A stretch of DNA of 64,000 nucleotides from Octopus vulgaris. Its lineage: Eukaryota. The stretch spans positions 124,558,001-124,622,000 of the forward strand of contig OX597817.1 in assembly GCA_951406725.2 (NCBI GenBank). Direction: 5' to 3'. The notes under the pieces are model-generated. The model had not been told where the DNA came from and made no database searches. It saw only the letters and a program-made list of their open reading frames with translations. Shown piece after piece: positions 13,438 to 25,175 of this stretch. The first letter of the stretch is position 1; the number at the start of each line of letters is the position of its first letter. Made by a program: the position numbers and the translations under genes.

Positions 13438-13785
13438 TCATCATCATCATCGTTTAACGTCCGTTTTCCATGCTAGCATGTGATGGACGGTTCAACTGGG
13501 GTCTGGGGAGTCAGTAGGCTGCACCAGGCCCAGTCTGATCTGGCAGTGTTTCTACAGCTGGATGCCCTTCCTAATGCCAACCACTCCGTGAGTGTAGTGG
13601 GTGCTTTTTATGTGCCACCTGCACAGGTGCCAGACGAGGCTGGCAAACGGCCATGATCGGATGGTGCTTTTTACGTGCCACCAGCACAGGGGCCAGACAA
13701 GGCTGGCAACAGCCACAATCGTATGGTGCTTTTTACATGCCACCAGCATGGAGGCCAGTCGGGGTGGCGCTGGCAATGGCCACAT
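13438..13785 (-). mobile_element. SINE-like element family R (internal ~62-bp VNTR, AGGAAGGGCATCCAGC box, (GAT)n tail)
   Basis: Homologous to 26190-26526, 30855-31327 and 41070-41260; three internal repeat units. Confidence 0.85.
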
Positions 13786-13861
13786 AACAAAATAATTTAA
13801 AAATTGCCTCGCATACTATTGATTCTCTCATTTTGTTACTTTTTTTGTAACTTTATATAAT

Positions 13862-14073
13862 GGTTTCAAAATATGGCACAAAGCCAGCAATTTCAGAGAG
13901 AGGATAAATCATTTACATCAACCCCAGGGTTCAACTGGTACTTATTTAATAGATCCAGAAATGATGAAAGGTAAAGTTGACTGCAATGAAATTTGAACTC
14001 AAAATGTAGAGAGAGACAAATTGCTGCTAAGCATTTTGCCCGGCTTGCTAACAATTCTGCCATCTTGCCACCC
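13862..14073 (-). mobile_element. tRNA-head SINE, family M (Meta/MESC-like centre)
   Basis: Degenerate copy of the GGCAGCGAGCTGGCAGAA..GAGTTCAAATTC..GTCGACTTTGCCTTTCATCC..AAGTACCAGT consensus seen best at 44620-45040. Confidence 0.8.
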
Positions 14074-14785
14074 TTTGGCAATTTTATATATTAGAATGAG
14101 GTTGCAGTTGTTTAGTGTTAGGTCAGCCCTAATCAGGCAGACCTCTAATTAAAAGCATTCCAGCTTTGATCATTTTATCTTCTCACTACGGATAAAGGAT
14201 CTAAGAGTACATTTTCTAAGATGGTGGGCTATGATTTGAAGGAGGTTTGGCTGCTATTTCTGGCAGATCAAATGACCATGCAGAGCACCCTCATTTTCTC
14301 TTATACATTGGTTGGTTTATGATTTCGATATGAGCATGGTCTCAGGAAAGTTGACTGTTAAATGTGTTAATCAGATAAAATCTGATGTCAGAAGACAAAA
14401 ATATTCATTTTTTGTCTTTTTTTAATACCTTTAAAACTGAGCTCTTGATTTTAATTATCACTTTAATTATTACATAATTATCAATTTCAATAATTATTTT
14501 GGGTGGCATTGAATTAGTAAAGTTGTTAAAATGCTGGATTAAATAAAATATCATTCAGTTATTTGCTCCAGCTCTTTGTGTTTTAAATTCATGTTGTGTC
14601 CTCATCCAACAGACAACTAAAGCAATGGAGCCTCTAAACTATAGTTCAGGAAATTTTTTCACGACATTGGCTTAAATCATTGCAGTTTCACACCAGAAAT
14701 TTATAAATTCAATCTATGATCGATAACAACATATCAGAAAATGCAGTATAGTCTTTTTTGTTGTCAACATTTTCAGGAAAATCAA

Positions 14786-15207
14786 GGCAGTGAGCTGGTA
14801 GAATGCTTAGTATGCTTGACAAAATGCTTAGCAGTAATTTATCTGCCAGCACATTCTAAGTTCAAATCCCACCAATGTCAATTTTGTGTTTCGTCCATTT
14901 GGTGGGGCCGATGAAATAAGTACTAGCTGAGTATTGGAGGTCGATGTAATTGCTGGCCTTGTGCCAAAATTTGAAATCAATATTTTCCAGATAATCAAGG
15001 TAGTGAACTGGCAGAATTCTTAGCACTCTGGGCAAAATGCTTAGCGACATTTCATCCGTCTGTATATTCTGAGTTCAAATGCCACTGGAGTCGAAATTGC
15101 CTTTCATTTCAGGGTCGGTAAAATAAGAAACAGTTGAATACTGAGATCAATGTTATCAACTCAGCACCTCCCACAAAATTACAGGCATTGTACCAAAATT
15201 TGAAACT
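14786..15207 (+). mobile_element. Two head-to-tail family M SINEs
   Basis: Heads at ~14786 and ~14997; an ATTTTC(C)AG..AAT(T)CAA-like direct repeat precedes, separates and follows the copies. Confidence 0.85.
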
Positions 15208-16835
15208 AATATTTTCCAGGTAATTCAAAATCAGCAATAATGAGATATTCAGTAAGGAATGGTTTCTTGATTGGAAGCATTATGAGAATATAAGTATACT
15301 TTGGCTTTACACACGTGGTCTGGATTTTATAATCACAGCTGCTTCTGTATGGAGGTATTATCAAAATGTTTTAAAAGGAACATCTCTGCTATTCTGTGAT
15401 CAACAACTAACAACACTCATGGCCAGCAAGTTTGTAAAAACAGTCACTATTTATCTGTTTTTGTATCTGGTTTATGATTAACAGTGATACAGAAGAATTC
15501 CCAATGAGTATATGAACATGACAAGTAAATGGATGGTAACATGTTAGAAATATTGTATCTAATATCAAAGAATGAAAATATTATCAAAAAGAAAAAAAAA
15601 ATTATAATAGAGAGTATTCAAATTGCAAAAACGTTCATGTCCCAATATTCAGAACAAGATTTTCTATCTTTTTTCATGGCATTAGTAATAAAAAATGAAT
15701 GAGTTCAAAGAGTGAAACAAAGACATTCTGTACACTAAACAGCTCTCACTTCATCTGTACTGCCTTTTTGACAAGAATTTATTATTGGTTATAGCATTTG
15801 AACTACTTGCTATAATGCTTCTGCAGCACATATTGCCAGTATGGAACTGTATTATTGTTAATTCTTAGTTATATATCACTCAATGCTCCAAGGATACCTC
15901 ATTAATAAGTAGAAGAAATCACTGGTTTTTAAGAACAGCTGCATTCTGTTGTTCCATTTACCCTCTATTACCATAGTGAGAGAATAAGTCACAATACTTT
16001 TGCAATTCTATTTGATCACGGTTTGGTTTACTTTACATCAGTATCTCATATAGTTGCAGGAACAAAATGGTGTCTTGAAGCCAATGGAACTGAAAGGTTT
16101 CTTCAACATTAGTTAGAGCTGTCAGCATGCTTCATGTTATGCTGTGAGTTGTTTAGTTCCATTCATACTGGATACCATTGTATTTCACTGAGGATACCAT
16201 ATTACACATGACACATTTGAGAGTAAATGTCTTTTATTAATTTTCTCGGCAAACGTTTATTCTTATCTCATCCTCATTGAACAAATTCTGCTATGAATCA
16301 AGCCACTGGCTATAGTGCTGTCTTGGCTAATTACCTCTTTCCTAGTTATAAAAGCAGAAAGTGAATCAATATCCAGTTATGTTGGGGATTACTACATCAA
16401 CTGAAACAAGCTGAATGTCTCAGAGTCGTGTGGCCTGTGATCAAATAGGCAAGAAGCAAGGGTGACCAGCAAGTTTGGAGGAAGCCAAAACAGTGAAACA
16501 AACTGTCACATTTGGTGGATGTGATGGTCTGAGAGGCCGTAGGAAGCTGGTTGACAACAAATAGAGATCCTCCAACCAATTTTTGTCATAAGACCTTCAT
16601 TCCTACTTTGGATTCAATTTGTCCAGAGATTTTTCAATACCATTTTTCTGTAGATAAATGATTAATACCACACAGTGGCTTTCCATTTTGGTGTATGTGG
16701 GGTATGCGAGAGATTTGAAATAAAGACACCTACCTTCTCTTAGCTCAGATGGAGACCCTTCAACGGTAATGGATCCTTCAACACAGCCCGACCCGAACGC
16801 TAGAAATAGCAGCTGCTTCTCCCAACCTTAACAAC

Positions 16836-17165
16836 ATGCTGGCCCATCTTACTCGCTCGGCGACGTCAATCGAAAAGGCAGAATCCTGCCCTACCTGCGC
16901 GCGCATCACTGCTGCCTCTTCTGGTCAGCCCCAAGTCCCGGTCAGCTCCCCAGTTGCTGACATCATCCCACAGTTTACAAAGTGCTTGGTTTCTCAAACA
17001 TTGATAGCTTTAAATTTATGGCAGAGACATATTGACCGAATTTCGATGATCTACAGGCAGAGTGTTACAGTGAAAAACTATTTCAAGTGGAAGTCATACA
17101 TTTTGAATTTAGAAATCAAGTTACAGGAATATGTTAACATTGCTTTAAATTGCTCTCAAGCATGA
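16836..17165 (+). other. CpG/GC-richer ORF (109 aa), possibly a decayed retrotransposon gag-like fragment
   Basis: Local GC/CpG enrichment at 16780-16960; IIPQF..LWQRHIDRISMIY loosely resembles gag N-terminal IPEF..W...ID.....Y.W motifs. Weak. Confidence 0.2.
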
Positions 17166-17767
17166 CACCAATTTGAAGCAGTGAGTCAAAGGACAAACTT
17201 TTTTCAAGCTGTGAATAATCAAGTCTTATTGGTGGAATCTATGGTACTCAACAAACTGGACAACTTTTGGTACTATTTCCACAAATAGACAACCTGAATT
17301 TTGATGACAGTATCATTCATTTCAAGGCAAAACGCTGAAACACAATAATTACCATTGTGTGCTTTCTGTTACTGCTACTCATTACAAATATTGCCAAATT
17401 TCATGTTACATAACTTTTGTTTGTTGTAACTTTGCCATTACATTGAGAAATTATTTCAATATTGATTTATTGTAAAAATACATATTCTTACACATATAAA
17501 AGCTTTCTGGCTGAAATTATATGAAACTTTGTCTCATAACTTTCTGGCTGAACTTAGTAGGTTCAAAACACTGGTACTACCACTATTAATAAGCCCAATC
17601 CACTATCATCACTTAGATTTCTTTGTTTTTTAATCACCATTATTCACGTCCTCATTTCCCCCAATTACTGAAGCATTTTTTTAAAAAAACAGTTACTTTA
17701 ACTATTAGATTTTCCATTCAAAATAACTTATTCAATGAAAATAAAGGGCAGTGCATTTTAGAAAAAA

Positions 17768-18208
17768 CTAGTAGCATAGCCCGGCGTTGCCCGGGTATGT
17801 AAGAGCCCCTAGTAGGCAACGACTAATCCCAATCTAGTCCTTTCCCTCTAGGGAACGAAGGCGCATGTGTAGGTTGCAATGTCTTCTCTTCACTCGAATA
17901 CTTCTGTGTTATACGATGTTCCTAGCTGTCCTTTTGGGCGATAAAAAGGTCGAGTTGTGTCCCCTAGACAGAAAATGTGTTGCATATAAAAAGCTTAGAT
18001 TCTCGACCCCATGTCGAATTTATCGATCTTTTTCAGAACTGGGGAAACTTTTCAAAATTTTAGCTGCGTTAGTTTTGAATTATGACATTGGGCTATGTGT
18101 GTGTCAAGTTTCATCAGAATCGGTTGAAAGCCGTGGTCAGGGTGAGGGTATAACCTGACAGACACACAGACACACAGACAGACAAACTGCCGTTTATATA
18201 TAGAGAGA
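17768..18208 (-). mobile_element. Non-autonomous Helitron (complete ends)
   Basis: Minus strand: A|TCTCTCTATATATAAA + (GTCT)n ... hairpin CCCGGGCAACGCCGGG, then CTAG|T. Inserted between A and T. Second copy at 41910-42302. Confidence 0.9.
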
Positions 18209-18234
18209 TGCCTTGCAATAATTAATTACAATCT

Positions 18235-18585
18235 TTTACATTCTGAGTTCAAATCACTTCAAGGATAACTATGTCTTTTATCTATCCAAGATCTATGAAA
18301 TAGCACTGAAGTTGATATAACCGACAGCCCTTTTCAAAATTTGTGGCTTTGTGCTTAATACTAGAAATCTTCCAGGTGGCCAGCTGGCAGAATTGCTAGC
18401 ATACTGGGCAAAATGTAGCATTTTGCCTGTCCTTACATTCTGAGTTCAAATTTCACTGAGGTCAACTTTGCCTTTCATTCTTTCATGGTTGATAAATTAA
18501 GTACTAGTTACATACTGGGGTCAACTTAGTCAACTGGCCCCTCCCCCAAAATGTCAGGCCTTGTGCCTTTAGTAGAAACGATCAT
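18235..18585 (+). mobile_element. Two tandem family M SINEs (first 5'-truncated)
   Basis: TTACATTCTGAGTTCAAAT core twice (~18236, ~18433); head GGTGGCCAGCTGGCAGAA at ~18375; ATTAGAAATCTT-like repeat after each. Confidence 0.75.
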
Positions 18586-18994
18586 TAGAAATCTTTACCA
18601 TTTAAAGGAAGTGGGGCACACAATATCATCCATACATCTAATTTTATATTTATTCTTCATGATATTAATCAGTAGGAGTTGTAAAATTTATTGCAGAAAA
18701 AATATTTAGTTTAATATTAATGAATATTTTAAATGAAAACAATAGGAAAATTTTGTCTTAGAATGTGATGCCAATATTTGAATGCAGTTAGCAATGTCTG
18801 AAAGTGCTGCTAATTAACTGGGAGTGCTATATATTTCTACTGAAATTCATTTTTCTTATATATGAATTTTCTTTGTGCATAACAAATAGCTCACACAACT
18901 TATGCCAAAACTTCTAGCTGTATATTTCGAAATTGAATAAAAAAGACACCATTTTAATTTTGAGTTTTGCGCTAATGATTAAAAAATTTGAGGC

Positions 18995-19140
18995 AATGCT
19001 GTGTGGGAACAAGCTTCTAACTACATTGTTCTGGACTCAGTTCCACTGCATGGCACCATTGGCAAATGGTTTATACTCTAGCCACAGGCCGACCAAGCCT
19101 TGTGAGTGGATATGGTAGATGGAAACTGAAAGCTCATCGT
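18995..19140 (+). mobile_element. Family C SINE 5' part
   Basis: ..GGCCGACCAAGCCTTGTGAGTGGATATGGTAGATGGAAACTGAAAG.. followed by (AT)n, as in the 21.3-21.7 kb copy. Confidence 0.7.
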
Positions 19141-19480
19141 ATATATATATATATATATATATATGCTTTGTATACTTCCTTATGTTTTTTTATGTTACCT
19201 TTAACCATGGTTTTTCTTGTGCTTGTGCATATATAGACGTATGCATGAACTTTTACGGTACGCATGTGAAAGTGTATGAGTTTGTATATATATACGTTTT
19301 TTCAGATGGTCAGATAACCAAAGAGATGGTGTTGTGGATTTCCACTTCGGCATCTGAAACTCAGAGTTTTATCTTGACTATTAAGTAATTGTAACATATT
19401 ATTTTATAGATAAATTTCCTCTATTTACATAATATTGAGGTCTTTTTCTTTCTTTTGTTATCTTACCGTTTTTACCAATA

Positions 19481-19511
<31 letters not shown>

Positions 19512-19905
19512 GTAAATGTAAGGACAAGCAAGTTATGCAAGTTGATATACAAAAAATATTAAATACATTTAATACAAGAAATGTACATATGTTTACATAT
19601 GAAAGCCCCCCCCCCATCCCCCGAAACAGCTGTTGGACTTACAAAACTCTTATTCAACCCCTTTAATTCCTGATATGATTTCTATTTTGTGTAAGTTGGA
19701 CCTTTTTATATGTAAACATATGTACATTTTTTTGTATTAAATATATTTAATATTTTTTGTATATCGACTTGTCTAACTTGCTTGTCCTTACATCTGTTCC
19801 TCTACCTACTCAAGTTTAAATCTCTTGAGCACTATGAAGTGTATTCTATATGGAGAATACCTGTCTTTATATGTGTGTGTATGTGTGTGTGTGTGCGTGC
19901 ATTTT

Positions 19906-20331
19906 TCTTATTTCTTTATTGCCCACAAGGGGCTAAACATAGAGAGGACAAACAAGGACAGACAAAGTGGTTAAGTTGATTACATCGACCTCAGTGCGTA
20001 ATTGGTACTTAATTTAATTTATCGACCCCGAAAGGATGAAAGGCAAAGTCGACCTTGGCAGAATTTGAACTCAGAATGTAGCAGCAGACAAAATACCTGT
20101 TTCTTCACTACCCACAAGGGGCTAAACACAGAGAGGACAAACAAGGACAGACAAAGGGATTAAGTCGATTACATCGACTCCAATGCATAACTGGTACTTA
20201 ATTTATCGACCCCGAAAGGATGAAAGGCAAAGTCGACCTTGGTGGAATTTGAACTCAGAATGTAGCGGCAGACGAAATACTGCTAAGCTTTTCACCCGGC
20301 GTGCTAACGTTTCTACCAGCTCACCACCTTC
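19906..20331 (-). mobile_element. Family M SINE with duplicated body (1.7-mer), nested in a family C remnant
   Basis: Body and tail (CCCACAAGGGGCTAAACA..GAACTCAGAA) present twice; same architecture as 44620-45040; family C 3' part resumes at ~20332-20535. Confidence 0.85.
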
Positions 20332-21303
20332 GTGTGTGTATCTTTCTGTCTGTGTTTGTCCCATGACCACCACTTGACAACCGGTGTTGTTGTGTTTGCA
20401 TCTCCTTAATTTAGTGGTTCAGCAAAAAAGACCAACAAAATAAGTGCTATGTTTAAAAAGTAAGTACTAAGATCTATTCATTCGGCTAAAAATTGAAGGT
20501 TGTGCCCCAACATGACTGAAACAAGTAAAAAACTAAAAGACAACTCTGGTCTCTCTAATTTCTTAGATAGTAGACATTTCAGCTATCAATCTAGTAAATT
20601 CACTGGTATTTGGATGTTAGGAGCGATGGTAGTGATACATGAAATGACAGCGAAGATAAGGATTACGAAGGAACCTTGCCGAAGAATATCATGCTATCAT
20701 TGGAATAGGATTTGATCACATGAACTATCAGTAAATAATTTTCATATCTTTTCACCCCAGTTTTTTTTTATTTTTAGAAAAGCATAAAAACACACTGTGT
20801 TCAGAAGAAAAGTAAAATAGCATAAAAGTAAAATAGTATAAAAGTCTATTAGAGTATTATAAGAAGTGAAGAAGTAAAAAGAAATATCACATTGCAAAGT
20901 TGATAGGATATAAAGAAACATAAAGATCACAGTGAAATTTTTTCAATAAATGTTCATCCCAAGAGTAAAAGCTAAACAGAGGGGAGCGGCTAACATGTGA
21001 GAAAAGAGTAAAAATTCAGCACTTGTCTTTAATATTTTATTAATTATTTTTTTTATGTGTAAACAAACATTAAATGTTGTGTATTCTAATCTCACATATT
21101 AATCACTTTAATCAAATTGAAAAGTGTATTCAGTGCAAATAAACAATCATAACACAATCATGAATTACATGTACATATATATGTATACATACATACTTAC
21201 ATACACACACATACATACATAGTAGAGACAGACATCCAAACATATGTGTGTATATATGTATTTACACACATATACACACACATACATACACACTTATCAA
21301 TAC

Positions 21304-21700
21304 TCTTTACTCTTTTACTCTTTTACTTGTTTCAGTCATTTGACTGCGACCATGCTGGAGCACCGACTTTAGTCGAGCAAATCGACCCCGGGACTTATTC
21401 TTTGTAAGCCCAGTACTTATTCTATCGGTTTCTTTTGCCGAACCGCTAGGTGACGGGGGCGTAAACACACCAGCATCGGTTGTCAAGCAATGGCTAAGGG
21501 GACAAACACAGACACACAAACATACACACGCATATATATATATATATATACATATATACGACGGGCTTCTTTTCGGTTTCCGTCTACCAAATCCACTCAC
21601 AAGGCATTGGTCGGCCTGAGGCTATAGCAAAAGACACTTGCCCAAGATGCCATGCACTGGGACTGAACCCGGAACCATGTGGTTGGTAAACAAGCTACTT
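21304..21700 (-). mobile_element. Near full-length family C SINE
   Basis: Minus strand: tRNA-like head with GGTTCAGTCCC B-box, TGGGCAAGTGTCTT CORE-like segment, internal (AT)n/(GT)n, tail ..GACTGAAACAAGTAAAAGAGTAAAAGAG. Many CpGs retained. Confidence 0.9.
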
Positions 21701-21704
21701 ATTT

Positions 21705-22440
21705 CAGTCATTACTACCCACAACCAAAGGTGGCTTCAAAGTCATAACATGCAGGTGGATAATATCATCACTAGGTGAGACAAGCTGAAACTGAATTAGC
21801 TTCGCTGATTGACAGGTGACGGTCTGGGCTAAGACTACGTGCTTTCATTGGTCAGTTAAAGTTGAGACAGTGTCACATGACAACTTGCTGGGGCTGCCTG
21901 CTGGAGTCTAGCAGCAGGTATTTAAAGGGAAAAAAATTTGACAAGACAGTCAGTCGCCCACTGACACTAGTTGACACTACATCGAAGAGGCCAGGGAACA
22001 GAAGAAAGAAGAAGAAAGAAGACATCCACCCAACACCAGAGCTGAAGACACCTCCGAACGGTAGAGGAGTAGGGGTCGAAACAAGACATGGTTCCTCCTG
22101 ATGATGTCTTCAGCTAACTGGATCCTATAAAGGAACTTTTGTGGTAGCAAACCACAAAACACGGTTGAAATTCCCCATGCAGTCAAAGTGAAAAAGGCTG
22201 ATAACAGGCAGTACAGGCCAGGAGGATGAAGGTAAAGTGAAGTGGGCACAAGCAGTCCAATATTGTCATAGATACACAGGCTACCATATGGGAGTGAGCA
22301 CCGAGTGTGGTAGCTGGAGGAATGGAAAGAAGGGTTAATGGGTTGTTGTATTGTACCAATGAATGCCACAAAGTACAGTGGTATCCTCATCTACACTGGT
22401 AGCTTTCTATAGGAAACAGAAAGGGATGACTGGGAGCAGC
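21705..22440 (+). mobile_element. Possible solo-LTR-like or other retroelement terminal sequence
   Basis: GC-richer block with ATTGG, a TATTTAAA TATA-like box, a purine-rich stretch and an internal inverted repeat. No clear TG..CA ends or TSD found. Confidence 0.3.
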
Positions 22441-22465
22441 ATTATATTTTTCTAATCAAAATATC

Positions 22466-22685
22466 TATTTCTTTATTGCCCACAAGGGGCTAAACATAGA
22501 GGGGACAATTAAAGACAGACAAAGGGATTAAGTCGATTACATTGGCCCCAGTGTGTAACTGGTACTTGTTTAATCGACCCCAAAAGGATGAAAGGCAAAG
22601 TCAACCCTGGTGGAATTTGAACTCAGAACATAGCGACAGACAAAATACCGCTAAGCATTTTGCCCAGTGTGCTAACATCTCTACC
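22466..22685 (-). mobile_element. Family M SINE with 16-bp TSD
   Basis: TTCTAATCAAAATATC at 22450-22465 and 22686-22701. Confidence 0.9.
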
Positions 22686-23186
22686 TTCTAATCAAAATAT
22701 CCTCAACCTGATTAGCAGCCTGCAATATACACCTCACCTGGGTATTTACCACTTCTGCAGTTCTGCTTGCTATGGATCATATGCAGTCCAAATCTTATCT
22801 ACCCTATTCCATAATTCTTTTAATCTTATTTGCACACCCAACAACCCTGGTCGCCTACCTTGAAATATAAAAAGAACTGTTTTCAGTTTATCATACTTCA
22901 GTACAAATAAGTCCACAACCTTCCATCTCAATAAATCACTACTGTCCCTGAAAGTTGTTTTTTATATATTTACTACAGATTGCTTGAAGCTAACTTTCTT
23001 CCTACACCTTGATCCTTGGATCTTACATCTCTCTCTCTATATATATATATAGAAAGAGAATGAGAGAGAGAGAGAATGTGTGTATGAATATAAGTGTGTG
23101 TGTGTGTTCGTGTGTGTGTGTGTGCCAGATGAATAGCTTGACTGAACAAAGGTTTGCAATCGTCTTGGGCATAACTTATTTATGAT

Positions 23187-23367
23187 TTAACCATTTAGCA
23201 TTCAAGCAAGTGTAATGTTTATTTATTCACATTGTTTTAAATCAATTATGCAATATCTCATAACTTTTAAATTTCCTATCATGTGAGAAGCCAGATCTGG
23301 CTTGTTTGAACATAGAACTGATAGAATATTTGGGCCTGATATGGTCAGTTTAAATACTAGAGGTCTT
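23187..23367 (+). mobile_element. Degraded piggyBac-like MITE
   Basis: Starts TTAACCATTTAGCATTC; homologous, in inverted orientation, to 24935-25120 ending GAATGCTAAAGGG|TTAA. Confidence 0.5.
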
Positions 23368-23988
23368 ATGGTGTTGATTTAGTGGAGGTAAAATTTACAC
23401 AGTACACCAGCCCATCCTTGTATACATAATTCGTAATAAATTTTGGAACATATATTCCTTGGTCATTTCATGACATGAGACAGATAGGAAGCTCTATGTA
23501 GTCAGGATTCTAGCTGCATTGTCTGTGAAAAAGACTGAATGGTGATGGGTAGAACATCTTACATTATGCTTGTTCAATCTAAGCTAACTTGGCGTTAAGC
23601 AAAAAGAACAACTACAATAATAACAGCAACCACAACATAGCATGACGTATGTGAAATTAATTGTTCTCTCTAAATACAACAAGTGATGACTGTAATGGAT
23701 TTGAAATCAATATCTATGACCTGGTCATTTGTTCACTCAGCTATTTAATCATAACAGATCAATGATATGGGATGAAATAGGCTGGACAATAAAGAAAAAA
23801 AAAATGTTAATAACTGTTTAACCAATCTAAAAATTTTATTTTTGAAGTAATGGAAAAATGTTCTAAGCTATTCTTTTATGATAGTTACATTAATGTTAAT
23901 GTAGTGTGCATAAAAAATATACTCAGAAATAATTATGTAGTGGGAAAATGGTGATGTAAATTCAATGGTTAATGTTATTTCAAACATT

Positions 23989-24255
23989 AAGGCAAGTAAG
24001 TTAGCAGAATTATTAACACACTGGCCAAAATATTTAGCGGCATTTCGTCTGTCTTTATGTTCTGAGTTCAAATTCTGCCCATGATAATTAGCAATTAAAC
24101 AGACAATTTTAATGTGTAATACATCATTATGAAATGAAGCAAATGAAACTTTGCCCTTCATCCTTTCGGGGTTGATAAAATAAGGACCAGTTGAATATGG
24201 GATTCAATGTAACTGGTTTACCAACTTCCTTGAACTTTTGCCAGAATTTGAAACC
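23989..24255 (+). mobile_element. Family M SINE with ~18-bp TSD and a foreign ~70-bp internal insert
   Basis: AAT(G/A)TTATTTCAAACATT at 23971-23988 and 24256-24273; insert at ~24080-24150. Confidence 0.85.
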
Positions 24256-24934
24256 AATATTATTTCAAACATTTTCACAAGTGTGGGAGACAACTTTGGG
24301 AAATTTTCTATATTAGTAGGCCTGAATGAAACATAGAATATATTGTACATACACAAGTAATGATAAGATAATCACACAAAGAGTCATTAAATAAGCATAC
24401 AACTTTGTATACGAGTAAGTAGCATATTTAAAAAATAATTCACAAACATTAATTGCTCTAGGGATTATTCTAATGAACATACTGTTATTTTATGAAATTA
24501 ATTGAGCAAAAAATAATGAGTATGTTGGCTGAACCTAGATCATAAAAAAAACATTTCATTTGTTTAACATAACTATATTTTTTCCAAAAGTATATATTCC
24601 ACAGCAAAATTTAATATTTAAATATTCTAAAGCCAACATTATATAGTACTCTCCAAGGATTATTTAAAAAAAAATTTTAAATAATGTTTTATTACAAGTG
24701 TGCTTAAATCAATGTTAATAATTACAATTATACAGAGAACAAAATATTTTCCTATCTTTTAAATCTAATTATCTTTTTTTTTATATTTATAGTTTCCTTC
24801 ATATTATTTTATCTTTTTCATGAACAAATTTAAATCTCTCAGATTCATTCAGTTCATTCGCAATACTGGCAATACTAAATATTAACTGAAAGTATTTTGT
24901 ACCTTGGAAAAGAAACAGAATCAATGTATTTATC

Positions 24935-25120
24935 AATACATTCACTCGCATTTAAACTGGCTATATCCATCCTCTGATACATATCCCACAATGTTATTCT
25001 AAAAAATAAACCATCACATAATTGAAATCTCAAAGCTACAAGATAATGCATGATTAATTCAAAACAATGTGAATAAAAAATAATACATTTCATTGACTAA
25101 TCTGAATGCTAAAGGGTTAA
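24935..25120 (-). mobile_element. Degraded piggyBac-like MITE
   Basis: Ends ..TGAATGCTAAAGGG|TTAA (CCC terminus plus TTAA target); shares TTATTCACATTGTTTT..AATTA with the 23.2 kb copy. Confidence 0.5.
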
Positions 25121-25175
25121 TTTTTATTAGTTAAAGGAGAGCATTTGTCAAAGTGTATTTTAGATTTATCTCATA

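Noticed and set aside
15660-16720. Possible decayed RT (minus-strand IPHIHQNGKPL resembling PLE LPKIHK..PL)
   Set aside because: One short motif only; no further RT motifs could be followed by eye.
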